Below are positions 26,912 through 36,629 of a stretch of DNA of 64,000 bases, piece by piece. Under the pieces are notes generated by a model. That model saw only the letters and a program-made list of their open reading frames with translations, ran no database searches and was not told where the DNA came from. The translations under genes and the position numbers were made by a program. Every line of letters starts with the position of its first letter. The stretch's first letter is position 1. This DNA comes from a virus, in the IMG/VR virus record IMGVR_UViG_3300029791_000191; one strand, given 5' to 3'.

Positions 26912-27133
26912 ATGACGGATACATTAAAACTTACGAAAAGTGCCAAAACTTATATTGAAGCTTTGAAAGATACATTAAAAACAAAATATCAGTTGTCAGA
27001 CAGTAAAGTATCAAGTTTAGTTATGGATTCTTATGTAATAGAATCTCTTATTGATTACCCAGAAGAGACATTACATGATGATATTGAAGCACATGCAGAT
27101 AATATTTATGAAGATTGGGTAGGTGAGCTATGA
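26912..27133 (+). CDS. hypothetical small protein (73 aa)
   Basis: ORF only. Confidence 0.3.
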   Translation: MTDTLKLTKSAKTYIEALKDTLKTKYQLSDSKVSSLVMDSYVIESLIDYPEETLHDDIEAHADNIYEDWVGEL

Positions 27134-27278
27134 AAACATTTTTATCAATTTTAAATATTCTATGCTGGGGTATTCTAGGAGCTTATTGTTCATCAATAGG
27201 GATACATGGAACAAGATTTTATATAGTATTACTAATTGTTGGCGTTATTGATATACTTAGTGTTGTGGTGAGTAGTTT

Positions 27279-27836
27279 ATGAATTATTATATTTCAGACT
27301 TACATATCGGTCACACAAATGCATTGGCATTCGATGCTAGACCATTTAAGACAATAGAAGAGAACGATGAAACTATTAAAAATAATTGGAATTCAGTAGT
27401 TGGCTTAGATGATGATGTTTATCTTTTGGGAGATATTAGTTGGTATGGCTCAACTAAAACATTGGAGTATTATAGTCAGTTAAATGGTAGGATTCATTTA
27501 ATAAAAGGAAATCATGATAATAAGATTCTGAAAAACAAAGATTTACAGAATTTATTTGTAGAAATAGTTGATTATAAAGAACTATACCTTAATCCAAAAG
27601 AGAGTATTATTCTTTGTCATTATCCGATTCCTTGTTTTAAGAATCATTACTATGGTTGGTATCATTTATATGGACATGTACATACAGGTTTTGAAAACAA
27701 TATGATGCAAAGAACAAAGTATGAAATGGAAAATCTATATAATACACCATGTAAAATGTATAATGTCGGAGCAATGCTGCTGAATTATACTCCTAGAACT
27801 TTAGAAGAAATAACAGGAGGAGCTACGTGTTTATAA
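27279..27836 (+). CDS. calcineurin-like metallophosphoesterase (second copy)
   Basis: ISDLHIGH, LLGDIS, GNHDN motifs. Confidence 0.55.
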   Translation: MNYYISDLHIGHTNALAFDARPFKTIEENDETIKNNWNSVVGLDDDVYLLGDISWYGSTKTLEYYSQLNGRIHLIKGNHDNKILKNKDLQNLFVEIVDYKELYLNPKESIILCHYPIPCFKNHYYGWYHLYGHVHTGFENNMMQRTKYEMENLYNTPCKMYNVGAMLLNYTPRTLEEITGGATCL

Positions 27837-28002
27837 CTAGAAAAAAGATGAAAAAGAAAATTATTGATACATATAACAAAGGATTCCATATAGGAAAACT
27901 TTATGGTGTTACTAAAATATATAACGAAGTAAAAGGAGGCAACACAGATGTAATTGATCTGTGCAAGAGAATTATGAGTGAGAAAGAGGTATTCAATACT
28001 TA

Positions 28003-29301
28003 ATGTATTGTGCTTACATTACTGAGCTTAAGCAACTTCGTAAACACAGCAATGCTGATAGGCTCCAGCTTGGTACCGTTTTTGGAAATACGGTTATTGT
28101 TGATTTAAGTTATTACGAAGGGCAGAAAGTTGTATTTTTCCCGGTTGATGGTCAGCTAGGAGAAGAATTTGCAAAAGAAAACAATTTACTGCGTATTAAA
28201 AATGAAGATGGAACAACTACAGGTGGATATCTTGATCCTGTAAAACGAAACATTAAAGCTATGAGACTGCGAGGTGAAAAATCAGAAGGATTGGTTTTAC
28301 CAGTAGAATCTCTTAGTAAATGGACTGATATAAATAAATTATCTTTAGGAGATCAAATTACTGTACTTGATGGGACAGTTATCTGTAAAAAATATATTCC
28401 AAGATCAAATCATAAAAAATCTAACAATGGTCCGAAAGTAAAAACTCCAAATTTAAAAAACAAATTTCCTTATTTTAAAGAACATGCTGATACAGAACAG
28501 TTAGCATATAACTTAAATGCCTTTAAACCAGGAGATACTTGTTACATTACTTTGAAAATGCATGGCACATCTGGTCGAACAGCAAATGCAATAGAAGTAA
28601 CTACTAAGAAAAAGACTCTACTACAGAAACTTTTTTGTAGACCGGCTCCTGTTATCAAAGAATGGAAAATAGTTACTGGAACAAGAAGAGTTGTACTCAA
28701 TACATTTGAAGGCGGTTACTATGGGAATGATAAATTTAGACAAAAATATCATGACTACTTTATTGACAGACTGCCAAAAGGAATGGAAGTGTTTTATGAA
28801 ATCGTAGGGTGGGTTGATGGTACAGAGCAGACCATTATGGGAACCTGTTCCAACACTAAAATTAAAGATAAAGAAGTTAAGAAGCTTTACGGTGGTGAAA
28901 CAGTGTTCTCTTATGGGTGTACTCCTGGTACTTCTGATATTTATGTTTATAGAATGACTATGACCAATGAAGATGGGATTATTACAGAGATTCCATGGGA
29001 AGAAGTAAAGAATTGGTGTGATCGTTTAGGAGTTAAACATGTACCTGAATTTGATAAATTCCTGTTTACTACTAAAGAAGATCTTATGGAGCGTGTAGAA
29101 AAATACTATGATGGGCCTGATCCAATAGGGGCGACACATGTTAGAGAAGGTGTAGTTGTAAGAATTGATAATAGAAGTAGCTTTAAGGCTTATAAACATA
29201 AGAATTTCACTTTCAAGGTCCTTGAAGGATTGATAAAAGATTCCTCTGATACACCGGATATGGAAGAGGCGCAAGAAATTATTGAGGAGGAAACTGTATG
29301 A
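28003..29301 (+). CDS. ATP-dependent RNA ligase (Rnl2/Rnl5-like nucleotidyltransferase with N-terminal extra domain)
   Basis: Motif I lysine ITLKMHGTSG (KxHG as in T4 Rnl2 KIHGTN), motif IV VREGVVVR, motif V KAYKHKNFTFK. Confidence 0.65.
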   Translation: MYCAYITELKQLRKHSNADRLQLGTVFGNTVIVDLSYYEGQKVVFFPVDGQLGEEFAKENNLLRIKNEDGTTTGGYLDPVKRNIKAMRLRGEKSEGLVLPVESLSKWTDINKLSLGDQITVLDGTVICKKYIPRSNHKKSNNGPKVKTPNLKNKFPYFKEHADTEQLAYNLNAFKPGDTCYITLKMHGTSGRTANAIEVTTKKKTLLQKLFCRPAPVIKEWKIVTGTRRVVLNTFEGGYYGNDKFRQKYHDYFIDRLPKGMEVFYEIVGWVDGTEQTIMGTCSNTKIKDKEVKKLYGGETVFSYGCTPGTSDIYVYRMTMTNEDGIITEIPWEEVKNWCDRLGVKHVPEFDKFLFTTKEDLMERVEKYYDGPDPIGATHVREGVVVRIDNRSSFKAYKHKNFTFKVLEGLIKDSSDTPDMEEAQEIIEEETV

Positions 29302-30068
29302 CATTAGCAGAGAGATTTTTTAAGGAAGAATTAGAAGTATTTGAAAATGATGATATTCAAGAATTTTGTATTGAATTACTAGATACTGCGCCTACATATT
29401 TCTGGCAAGTATCTGCTTCAAGTACTAACAAATATCACCCTGATTATACAGTTGGTTTTATGGGACTTGCTAAACATGTAAAAGGGGCAACTAGATTCTT
29501 AAATCATATGCTGTCAATTGATTGTATCAAGAGTCAGTTTACATCAAGAGAAAGAGATATGCTACGAACAGCTATTATGAATCATGATGATGAAAAACTT
29601 GGGCGTAATGGCAGTCAATATACTCTTTTTAAACACCCGTTACTTATAGCTGAGAGAATAAAATCCTATAAAGGATTTGAATGGTTGCCAGATGAAGAAT
29701 TGGATTATATTGCAGACTGTTGCGCCTCACATATGGGTGAATGGAACACAGATAAAAGAAGTAAAGATGAGCTGCCATTACCAGAAACAAAAGGTCAGAT
29801 GATAGTTCACTTAGCAGATTATTTAGCATCAAGAAAAGATTTAACAGTATCTTTTGATGAAACTGAAGTAGATGAACTGATGAAAGAATTCAAACCTACA
29901 CCAGAAACATATCTTATGCCATTCGGCAAACATAAGGGAGAACCACTCTCTGAAATTCCAGATAGTTATTTAGGATGGTTGAATGATCAGAATCCATCAG
30001 AACCTCTGAAAACACTACTTGCTGAAGCCTTAGGTATTAGCGGAAGCATCTTTGAAGAGGAGGCATGA
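29298..30068 (+). CDS. HD-like phosphohydrolase candidate with C-terminal DUF3820-like FGKHKGEPLSEIP..YLGWL motif
   Basis: His/Asp pattern KYHPD..AKH..NHDDEK..ASH; C-terminal motif common on phage nuclease/repair proteins; coupled to the RNA ligase gene. Confidence 0.4.
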   Translation: MTLAERFFKEELEVFENDDIQEFCIELLDTAPTYFWQVSASSTNKYHPDYTVGFMGLAKHVKGATRFLNHMLSIDCIKSQFTSRERDMLRTAIMNHDDEKLGRNGSQYTLFKHPLLIAERIKSYKGFEWLPDEELDYIADCCASHMGEWNTDKRSKDELPLPETKGQMIVHLADYLASRKDLTVSFDETEVDELMKEFKPTPETYLMPFGKHKGEPLSEIPDSYLGWLNDQNPSEPLKTLLAEALGISGSIFEEEA

Positions 30069-30243
30069 GATGGAAACACGAACAACATTATGCCAGTGCA
30101 CTCGTTGTGCTTCAGTATTTGAATGGAATGAAAGAAAAAATAATAGATGCCCAGAATGCAAAGGCATATATACAGTTATTAGATTCGCTAATCCGTCAGA
30201 TGAAGAATATTTAGATAGAGTTAGCATGAGATTTAGTGAATAA
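30052..30243 (+). CDS. small zinc-ribbon protein (63 aa)
   Basis: CQCTRC ... CPECKG. Confidence 0.35.
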   Translation: MKRRHEMETRTTLCQCTRCASVFEWNERKNNRCPECKGIYTVIRFANPSDEEYLDRVSMRFSE

Positions 30244-30308
30244 GTCGTTCAATCATGAACGCTTATCAATATACCAAACAATATTATTTATAAGAGGAGA
30301 CATTATTT

Positions 30309-31229
30309 ATGAGTGAAAAAACAAATTTAAGACAGGCAGACACAAAAGTAGAAGTAGTTGGTATTGTAAGCGAAAACACACTGGAAGAATCAGTAAGAGA
30401 TGGTAAAAAAGTCATTAGTGGTGACATTACAGTACAGACAGGAGACATTAATTTTGTAACATTCAGAGTATATGTCAATGAGAAAAAGAATGATGGCACA
30501 GATAATGGCTGTTATGCAGGCATTGAAACTGTAATGAGAGAATATCAGTCTATTGCCAAAGTTGGTAAAGATGCAGCTACAAGAGTAACTGTTACGAATG
30601 GTCAGATCAGACCTCGCTCCTATGTCGGAAAAGACAAACAGGTGCATGTAGGTGTCTCTTACCAGACAATGTTTTTTAACCGTTATGATGGAGATCCAGA
30701 GAAATTTGAGCCTCGTGCTTGGTTTGAAGTAGAAATGGCAATTGCTTCTATTACACCGGAACTTTATACATCTGGTGAGAATAAAGGTGAAGAGACAGGT
30801 CGTGCTATCGTAAAAGGATGGGTTCCTACTTATTCAGGAATTGAACCAATGACTTTAGTTGCTCCAGCAGAAGATGGAATTGCAGAAGCAATTTTAGATG
30901 ACTATGCACCAAATCAGACTGTTAAGTTCTATGGTGATATTGTAAATAGTCGTGCAGAAATCACAAAAGAAATTCCTGTAAAAATTGGTAAACCAAGATT
31001 TGAGAAGAAAACGATCTATAAAAATGAGATGATTATTACAAATGCTTCTGATGCTTACGGCGAGGATAGTGAAACACCAACTCCAGAACCATATGACATT
31101 GGTGCAATTTCTCAGGCAATTACTGATAGAGAAGTTCGCTTAGAGGAAGAGAAAGCAAAAGCTAAACAGCCAGAGACAGCAACCTCTGCTGCAACAACTA
31201 AAGCTAGACCAAAACTTCCTAATTTTTAA
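30309..31229 (+). CDS. hypothetical protein, possible ssDNA-binding / recombination mediator (306 aa)
   Basis: Position immediately upstream of the Sak4-like ATPase; acidic C-terminal tail; no firm motif. Confidence 0.35.
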   Translation: MSEKTNLRQADTKVEVVGIVSENTLEESVRDGKKVISGDITVQTGDINFVTFRVYVNEKKNDGTDNGCYAGIETVMREYQSIAKVGKDAATRVTVTNGQIRPRSYVGKDKQVHVGVSYQTMFFNRYDGDPEKFEPRAWFEVEMAIASITPELYTSGENKGEETGRAIVKGWVPTYSGIEPMTLVAPAEDGIAEAILDDYAPNQTVKFYGDIVNSRAEITKEIPVKIGKPRFEKKTIYKNEMIITNASDAYGEDSETPTPEPYDIGAISQAITDREVRLEEEKAKAKQPETATSAATTKARPKLPNF

Positions 31230-31281
31230 TCTATAAACAAGTTTGTAAAAATATAAATAGTAAAATTAAAGGAGATTACAT

Positions 31282-32280
31282 ATGACAGATAGTATTTTTG
31301 AACCAGAAGTAAGCGTTGTAGCACATGGCCTTGAAGGAAAAGTAATTATGCTTTATGGCACAAACAATACGGGAAAAACTTATAATTGCGCAAAGATGAA
31401 GAATGCTTTGTTCTTCATGTGTGAGAATGGTTTAGGTGCTCAGGCAGGAGTTAAACATAAAATGATTAACAACTGGAGAATGTTCACTAAGTACATCAAA
31501 GAACTTACTGATCCTAAAACAGTAGAAAGAGCTAAAGAGATTTATTCCACTATTGTTATTGATGAAGTATATGCTTCCTCTCTGTTTTGCCAGAAATTCG
31601 TATGTGACACATATGGTGGAGGATGCATTTCTCTTGGAGCCAATGAAAACAGCAAAGTAAATCTTTATCAGATTTATGAACGTATTTATTGGGAACAGAT
31701 TCAGAAATTAGTAACTTCCGGGTATACAGTGGTATTCGTTGCGCATGCAGACGAAAAAGATGGCTTTATTCAGCCTAAGGGAGACAAGCGCTGTATTAAA
31801 CCAATTGTAGATAATTGTGACGTAGTGGCTTACCTTGAGCCAAATGGCGTAGATGAAGATGGACATGTAATTAAATCTTCTGCTTATTTTGCACAGACAG
31901 ATAAGTTCTTCGCTCGTTCAAGATATGATTTCATGGTAACTAAAATTGAAGAGTTTACAGCAGATAATTTAGAGAAAGCAATTTCTGATGCAATCACTAA
32001 ACAGGAAGAAGCTGACGGTATTAAATCAGTATCCTATGATGAGCAGCAGTCTATGTATGAAGAAAAAGAAACAATGTCCTTTGAACAGCTTCAGGAAGAG
32101 ATTGCCCTTTGGGGAGGTAAACTAGCTGCCTCAGATCATATGGAAACATTGACAGATATTGTAGAGCAGACTCTTGGTGTTGGGAAGAAAGTATCTCAGT
32201 GTACTAAAAAGCAGACTGAGGCTATGAGTATTATTCTTGAAGATATTAAGGATGCTTGTGCTGAATTAGGAGTGGCGTAA
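31282..32280 (+). CDS. RecA-fold AAA ATPase, Sak4-like phage recombination/replication protein
   Basis: Walker A LYGTNNTGKT, Walker B VIDEV, size 332 aa. Confidence 0.5.
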   Translation: MTDSIFEPEVSVVAHGLEGKVIMLYGTNNTGKTYNCAKMKNALFFMCENGLGAQAGVKHKMINNWRMFTKYIKELTDPKTVERAKEIYSTIVIDEVYASSLFCQKFVCDTYGGGCISLGANENSKVNLYQIYERIYWEQIQKLVTSGYTVVFVAHADEKDGFIQPKGDKRCIKPIVDNCDVVAYLEPNGVDEDGHVIKSSAYFAQTDKFFARSRYDFMVTKIEEFTADNLEKAISDAITKQEEADGIKSVSYDEQQSMYEEKETMSFEQLQEEIALWGGKLAASDHMETLTDIVEQTLGVGKKVSQCTKKQTEAMSIILEDIKDACAELGVA

Positions 32281-32873
32281 TGCCAAGGGCAATGTACATT
32301 TGCCCGGTATGTCATAAGAATGTACTTGCTTCGAAAGCTATTCATATAAAAACCAGATACTATCATAAAGCTTGTCTTGATAAAAAAATCAAGAAAGAAA
32401 AAGAAAAGATTGACAATGATAAGCTGACAAAAAAGCAAAGGGAACAATATGAGAGAGCGCTGAAACAAAGTGCTCTCCCTGAAATCCCTGAAGCAGTTCC
32501 AGAAAGTGAAGCCCAGGCAGCAGAAAAATTCTTTAGTAAAGTGGAGCAAATACAGGGTAAATGCACAGCGAAAAGTTCAGCAATGGCTTATAAATACAAA
32601 AAAATGTATGAAGGATTTACTTGGGAAGGAATGGAACAGACTTTAGAATATTGTTTTTCTATAGTTGGATTAGAAGCCAGGAAAGATGAAGATAGTGACA
32701 TTGTTGGATTAATTCCTTGGTATTATGACCAAGCTCAGGCATTTTATGCACAGCTAGACAGTATAGAACCTTCAAAAGTAGATTTGGATAAGATTTATAA
32801 AAAGAAGCATATAAAAGTATCGCCTAAAAAGAAAAATGTAGATTTGATTGATATAAGCAAAATAGGGGAGTGA
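32280..32873 (+). CDS. hypothetical protein with N-terminal zinc finger (197 aa)
   Basis: CPVCHK..HKAC; lysine-rich linker. Confidence 0.4.
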   Translation: MPRAMYICPVCHKNVLASKAIHIKTRYYHKACLDKKIKKEKEKIDNDKLTKKQREQYERALKQSALPEIPEAVPESEAQAAEKFFSKVEQIQGKCTAKSSAMAYKYKKMYEGFTWEGMEQTLEYCFSIVGLEARKDEDSDIVGLIPWYYDQAQAFYAQLDSIEPSKVDLDKIYKKKHIKVSPKKKNVDLIDISKIGE

Positions 32874-34486
32874 ATATGTTAATTGACAAACACGCCACTC
32901 TTCAATGTTTAGGATGTATTATGAAGAAACCTTCCCTTTTGGAAGAATACACACTTACACAGTATGACTTTGAAGAAGAACAATTTTACGCAATATTATT
33001 TTCATGTGTGTATAATCTCTACAACCAAGGGGTAGAGATTATAGATACATTTGCTATAGATAGTTTTCTTTCAAGATATGAGAAACAATATAAAATTTTC
33101 AACGATAATCAAGGAATTGATTATTGTGACGATGCCATTCGTTTGGCTGAATTGGAAAATTTTAGTTACTACCTGGAACGTTTGAAGAAATTTAGTCTTT
33201 TAAGATACTGGGATTCATGTGGAGTAGACATAAGGAACATCTATGATCAAACAATCATTGATCCTAGCAGACAAGAACAGCAAGCAGCTAAATTAGATGC
33301 AACTTCAATAAATGATATGATTCTGGAAGAAGAGGATCTGCTCATTACGAAAGCAAAAATGCTCTATGGAATGGATTCTTCGAGAAGGGGTCAGCTTGCC
33401 GGTAAGGGAATGAAAGAACTGAAAGAAAGATTGAAAGAAGAACCAGAGTTTGGAATACCTTTACAGAGTCCTATGATGACTACTATTGCTAGAGGGGCGA
33501 GACTTAAAAAGGTCTATCTTCGTTCTGCTGATTCTGGTGGAGGAAAGACAAGGACTGCATTGGCAGATATCTGTAATATTTCAATCCCTTATTTCTATGA
33601 TACAGATAAAAAAGAATGGATTTACACTGGGTGTGAGGAACCATCTCTATTCATCTCTACTGAGTTAGAGGAAGACGAAGTACAGACTATCATTATGGCA
33701 TACGTTTCCGGAGTACCAGAGAACAAGATTCTTGATGGAGACTATGAAGGAGATGAGGAAGAACGAGTAGATAAAGCTATTGAATATATTGCTACTTATC
33801 CTTTATATATAGAAATTATTAATGATTTTGGTATAGAAGATATATCAAATATCATTAAAACTTATAAGAGAGAAAAAGGATGTCATTATTTCGTATTCGA
33901 TTATATACATATGTCAGCTAAATTAATTGCTGAAGTTGCTTCTATGAGTAAAGGAATGAAATTGAGAGAAGATCAGACTTTGTTCTTATTCATGGACACT
34001 CTTAAGAATTTGGCTATGAAATTGGATATCTTTATTCTAACAATGACTCAGTTAAATGGTACATACAAAGATAGTCAGATTAAAGACGAAACAATGTTAA
34101 GAGGTGCAAAATCTCTAGCAGATAGAATTGACTTAGGTGAAATTTCACTGAGACCAACAAGTGCAGAGTTAGAGTGTGTAAAGAAACTTATGCACAATAT
34201 GTATGGAGTACCGATACCCAATCTTGTAAGACACATATATAAAGTACGAAGAGGAAAACTGACAAAAATCCGTTTATGGCAATATGCTGATCTCTCTACT
34301 GGTAGAACTAAAGATTTATTTATTACAGACAACTATTATAACCTGATCGAAACTGAAGTGGCTGTAGCTCAAATTGAGAAAGTAATTGAGGAACATTCTG
34401 AGAGCCTTGATGATATCCAGATTACTGATGATGAGCAACAAGAAGCTACGAGTACTTTATTGGGATCAATGCCATTTGATTTTTAG
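32870..34486 (+). CDS. DnaB-like replicative DNA helicase
   Basis: DnaB-like N-terminal domain, RecA-like C-domain with Walker A RSADSGGGKTRTAL and Walker B hFVFDYIH. Confidence 0.6.
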   Translation: MNMLIDKHATLQCLGCIMKKPSLLEEYTLTQYDFEEEQFYAILFSCVYNLYNQGVEIIDTFAIDSFLSRYEKQYKIFNDNQGIDYCDDAIRLAELENFSYYLERLKKFSLLRYWDSCGVDIRNIYDQTIIDPSRQEQQAAKLDATSINDMILEEEDLLITKAKMLYGMDSSRRGQLAGKGMKELKERLKEEPEFGIPLQSPMMTTIARGARLKKVYLRSADSGGGKTRTALADICNISIPYFYDTDKKEWIYTGCEEPSLFISTELEEDEVQTIIMAYVSGVPENKILDGDYEGDEEERVDKAIEYIATYPLYIEIINDFGIEDISNIIKTYKREKGCHYFVFDYIHMSAKLIAEVASMSKGMKLREDQTLFLFMDTLKNLAMKLDIFILTMTQLNGTYKDSQIKDETMLRGAKSLADRIDLGEISLRPTSAELECVKKLMHNMYGVPIPNLVRHIYKVRRGKLTKIRLWQYADLSTGRTKDLFITDNYYNLIETEVAVAQIEKVIEEHSESLDDIQITDDEQQEATSTLLGSMPFDF

Positions 34487-34494
34487 GTGTACTG

Positions 34495-35631
34495 ATGCCT
34501 TACTATGATAAAAATGCAATATTAAAGGCTCTTACAAAGGAACAGGTAATCAAGATAGTTACCGATTTAGGATCAAAAGGATATAGAACAGACTCATCTG
34601 GGAATCTTATCTTTCAAACAATCTGTCATGGTGGCGATAGTTATAAGCTTTATTACTATCATGAACCTACAGATCAGTATTCTGGAAGAACATTTCATTG
34701 CTACACCTCATGTAGCGAATCATTCTCTATTTTTGAATTAGTAATCAGAGCTAAAAGAGTACAAGGGATTACTTATACTTGGTATCAGGCGGTATCTTAT
34801 ATTGCTAATCAAATAGATATGAAAGCTGTTGAACATATTGAGAGACCAAAACATATATGTGATATGTCGTGGCTCAAGAAGTTTGGGAAAAACAAATCTA
34901 CAGACATTATAGACTGTGAACCTATAGATGAGCATGTATTAGAAATGTTTGAATATACTCCTCATGAAGTGTTTTTAAACGACCATATTTCCAGAGAGAC
35001 GTTATCTACATTTGAAATATCTTATTGGGGTAATACAAATCAAATAGTTATTCCTCATAGAGATAGACATCAAAATCTTATTGGTATAAGAGGAAGATAT
35101 CTCGATGAAGAAGACGTAGAGAACATTGGAAAATATGTACCTCTTAATATAGAAGGAAAATTTCTAAGCCACAAGTTATCACATAATCTTTATGGTATTC
35201 ATATTAACCAGAATAAGATTAAGACTTGTAGGAAATGTTTACTACTTGAGTCTGAGAAAGGAGTTATGCAAAATCATTCGTATTTTGGTGATGATGACTT
35301 TTCTTTAGCTGTATGTGGCAGTGAAATTTCAGATGAACAAATCAAATTGCTACTCGATTATTTGAAGATAGAAGAATTAATTCTTGGTTTTGACAAAGAA
35401 TATAAGGATCCGTATGGATGGGACGGTGAGCTGTACAAAAATAAATTATTTAAGAAAATACGTCCGATTATTCCATATTGTAAAGTATCAATCTTATGGG
35501 ATAAAGATGGGGTGTTAGATTATAAGGATGCGCCTACAGATAAAGGCAAAGAAACATTATTAAAACTGCTTGATGACAAAGTAGAAATAACTATGGAAGA
35601 TATCACGTTGGAGGGAACGTATTATGTATAG
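34495..35631 (+). CDS. DNA primase (zinc-binding CHC2-like N-terminus + TOPRIM-like core)
   Basis: CHGGDS...HCYTSCSES zinc motif; acidic cluster ESEKG..GDDD; position after helicase. Confidence 0.5.
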   Translation: MPYYDKNAILKALTKEQVIKIVTDLGSKGYRTDSSGNLIFQTICHGGDSYKLYYYHEPTDQYSGRTFHCYTSCSESFSIFELVIRAKRVQGITYTWYQAVSYIANQIDMKAVEHIERPKHICDMSWLKKFGKNKSTDIIDCEPIDEHVLEMFEYTPHEVFLNDHISRETLSTFEISYWGNTNQIVIPHRDRHQNLIGIRGRYLDEEDVENIGKYVPLNIEGKFLSHKLSHNLYGIHINQNKIKTCRKCLLLESEKGVMQNHSYFGDDDFSLAVCGSEISDEQIKLLLDYLKIEELILGFDKEYKDPYGWDGELYKNKLFKKIRPIIPYCKVSILWDKDGVLDYKDAPTDKGKETLLKLLDDKVEITMEDITLEGTYYV

Positions 35632-35642
35632 AAAGGCATTAA

Positions 35643-36629
35643 TTGACTGAAATCAGTCAGAAAATCCGACAAGTAACTGAGGAGGATAAGGGGTTACCTT
35701 ATCTCTCCTACAGTAAAGAGAGTAACTTTGATCACTGTCCACTGAGCCACAAATTAAAGTATATAGACAAAAACTTTTCAAAGAAATCGTCTCTTCCTAT
35801 GGAAATTGGTTCTATTTTACATAAGGCATTAGAGCTTAAAGGAAGAATGATAATGGAAGGTAAGACAGTAGATTATGACTATCTTAAAAGCATTACAGAA
35901 GAGGGCTATTTAGAGACTGATGAGAAGTCGGATAATCACATTCTCGGTATAAAAGACCTCAAAAAGAAATATTTTGATGAGTTTTTTACTGCTGATAGTA
36001 AGTCAGGTATGAACTATTCAGAAAAGATGGATATCTTTTATAACAAAGTATTGCCATCTAGGATTGATAGTAAAGAGTGGACTCCCGTAGCAGTAGAACA
36101 GAGATTTGAATTTGTATATGACGACAGAGTTATTATACATGGTTTTATTGATAGAGTGGATAAGAATGCAAAAGAGCAGCTAAGGATTACTGACTATAAA
36201 TCCTCAAAGGCCGTGTTTAGAGATGCAGATATAAAAACACCTATGCAACATGTAATTTATGATCTGGCATGTATTCATTTATATGGACAGCCTGCAACAG
36301 ACCATGTGTATGATTTTATTCTTATAGATGCTATTCAAGGAGCTGACGAAGGTGTATGTACCAAAGGCTATCTTAACAGAGGAATTAAGAAACTGGACAA
36401 GGTGTTAAATGAAATGGATGAAATGGAAATTAAAGGCGAGTATCCTCCCAAACCAACTCCATTATGCTACTGGTGTCCATTCCACAGCACTTCCCCAAAT
36501 GCTGATCCTAAGTTTTCTGGTCTATGTCAGTATCATAGCTTATGGACACCTGAGAAAAAATCATTTGCAGTACTTAATCCTTATGGACAAGAAATAAAGA
36601 AAGAAACTAAGAGAAAGTTGGTGTTCTAG
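35643..36629 (+). CDS. PD-(D/E)xK nuclease, Cas4/RecB-like with C-terminal Fe-S cysteine cluster
   Basis: HGFIDRVD..DYKSS nuclease motifs; C-terminal CYWCPF...C...C. Confidence 0.55.
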   Translation: MTEISQKIRQVTEEDKGLPYLSYSKESNFDHCPLSHKLKYIDKNFSKKSSLPMEIGSILHKALELKGRMIMEGKTVDYDYLKSITEEGYLETDEKSDNHILGIKDLKKKYFDEFFTADSKSGMNYSEKMDIFYNKVLPSRIDSKEWTPVAVEQRFEFVYDDRVIIHGFIDRVDKNAKEQLRITDYKSSKAVFRDADIKTPMQHVIYDLACIHLYGQPATDHVYDFILIDAIQGADEGVCTKGYLNRGIKKLDKVLNEMDEMEIKGEYPPKPTPLCYWCPFHSTSPNADPKFSGLCQYHSLWTPEKKSFAVLNPYGQEIKKETKRKLVF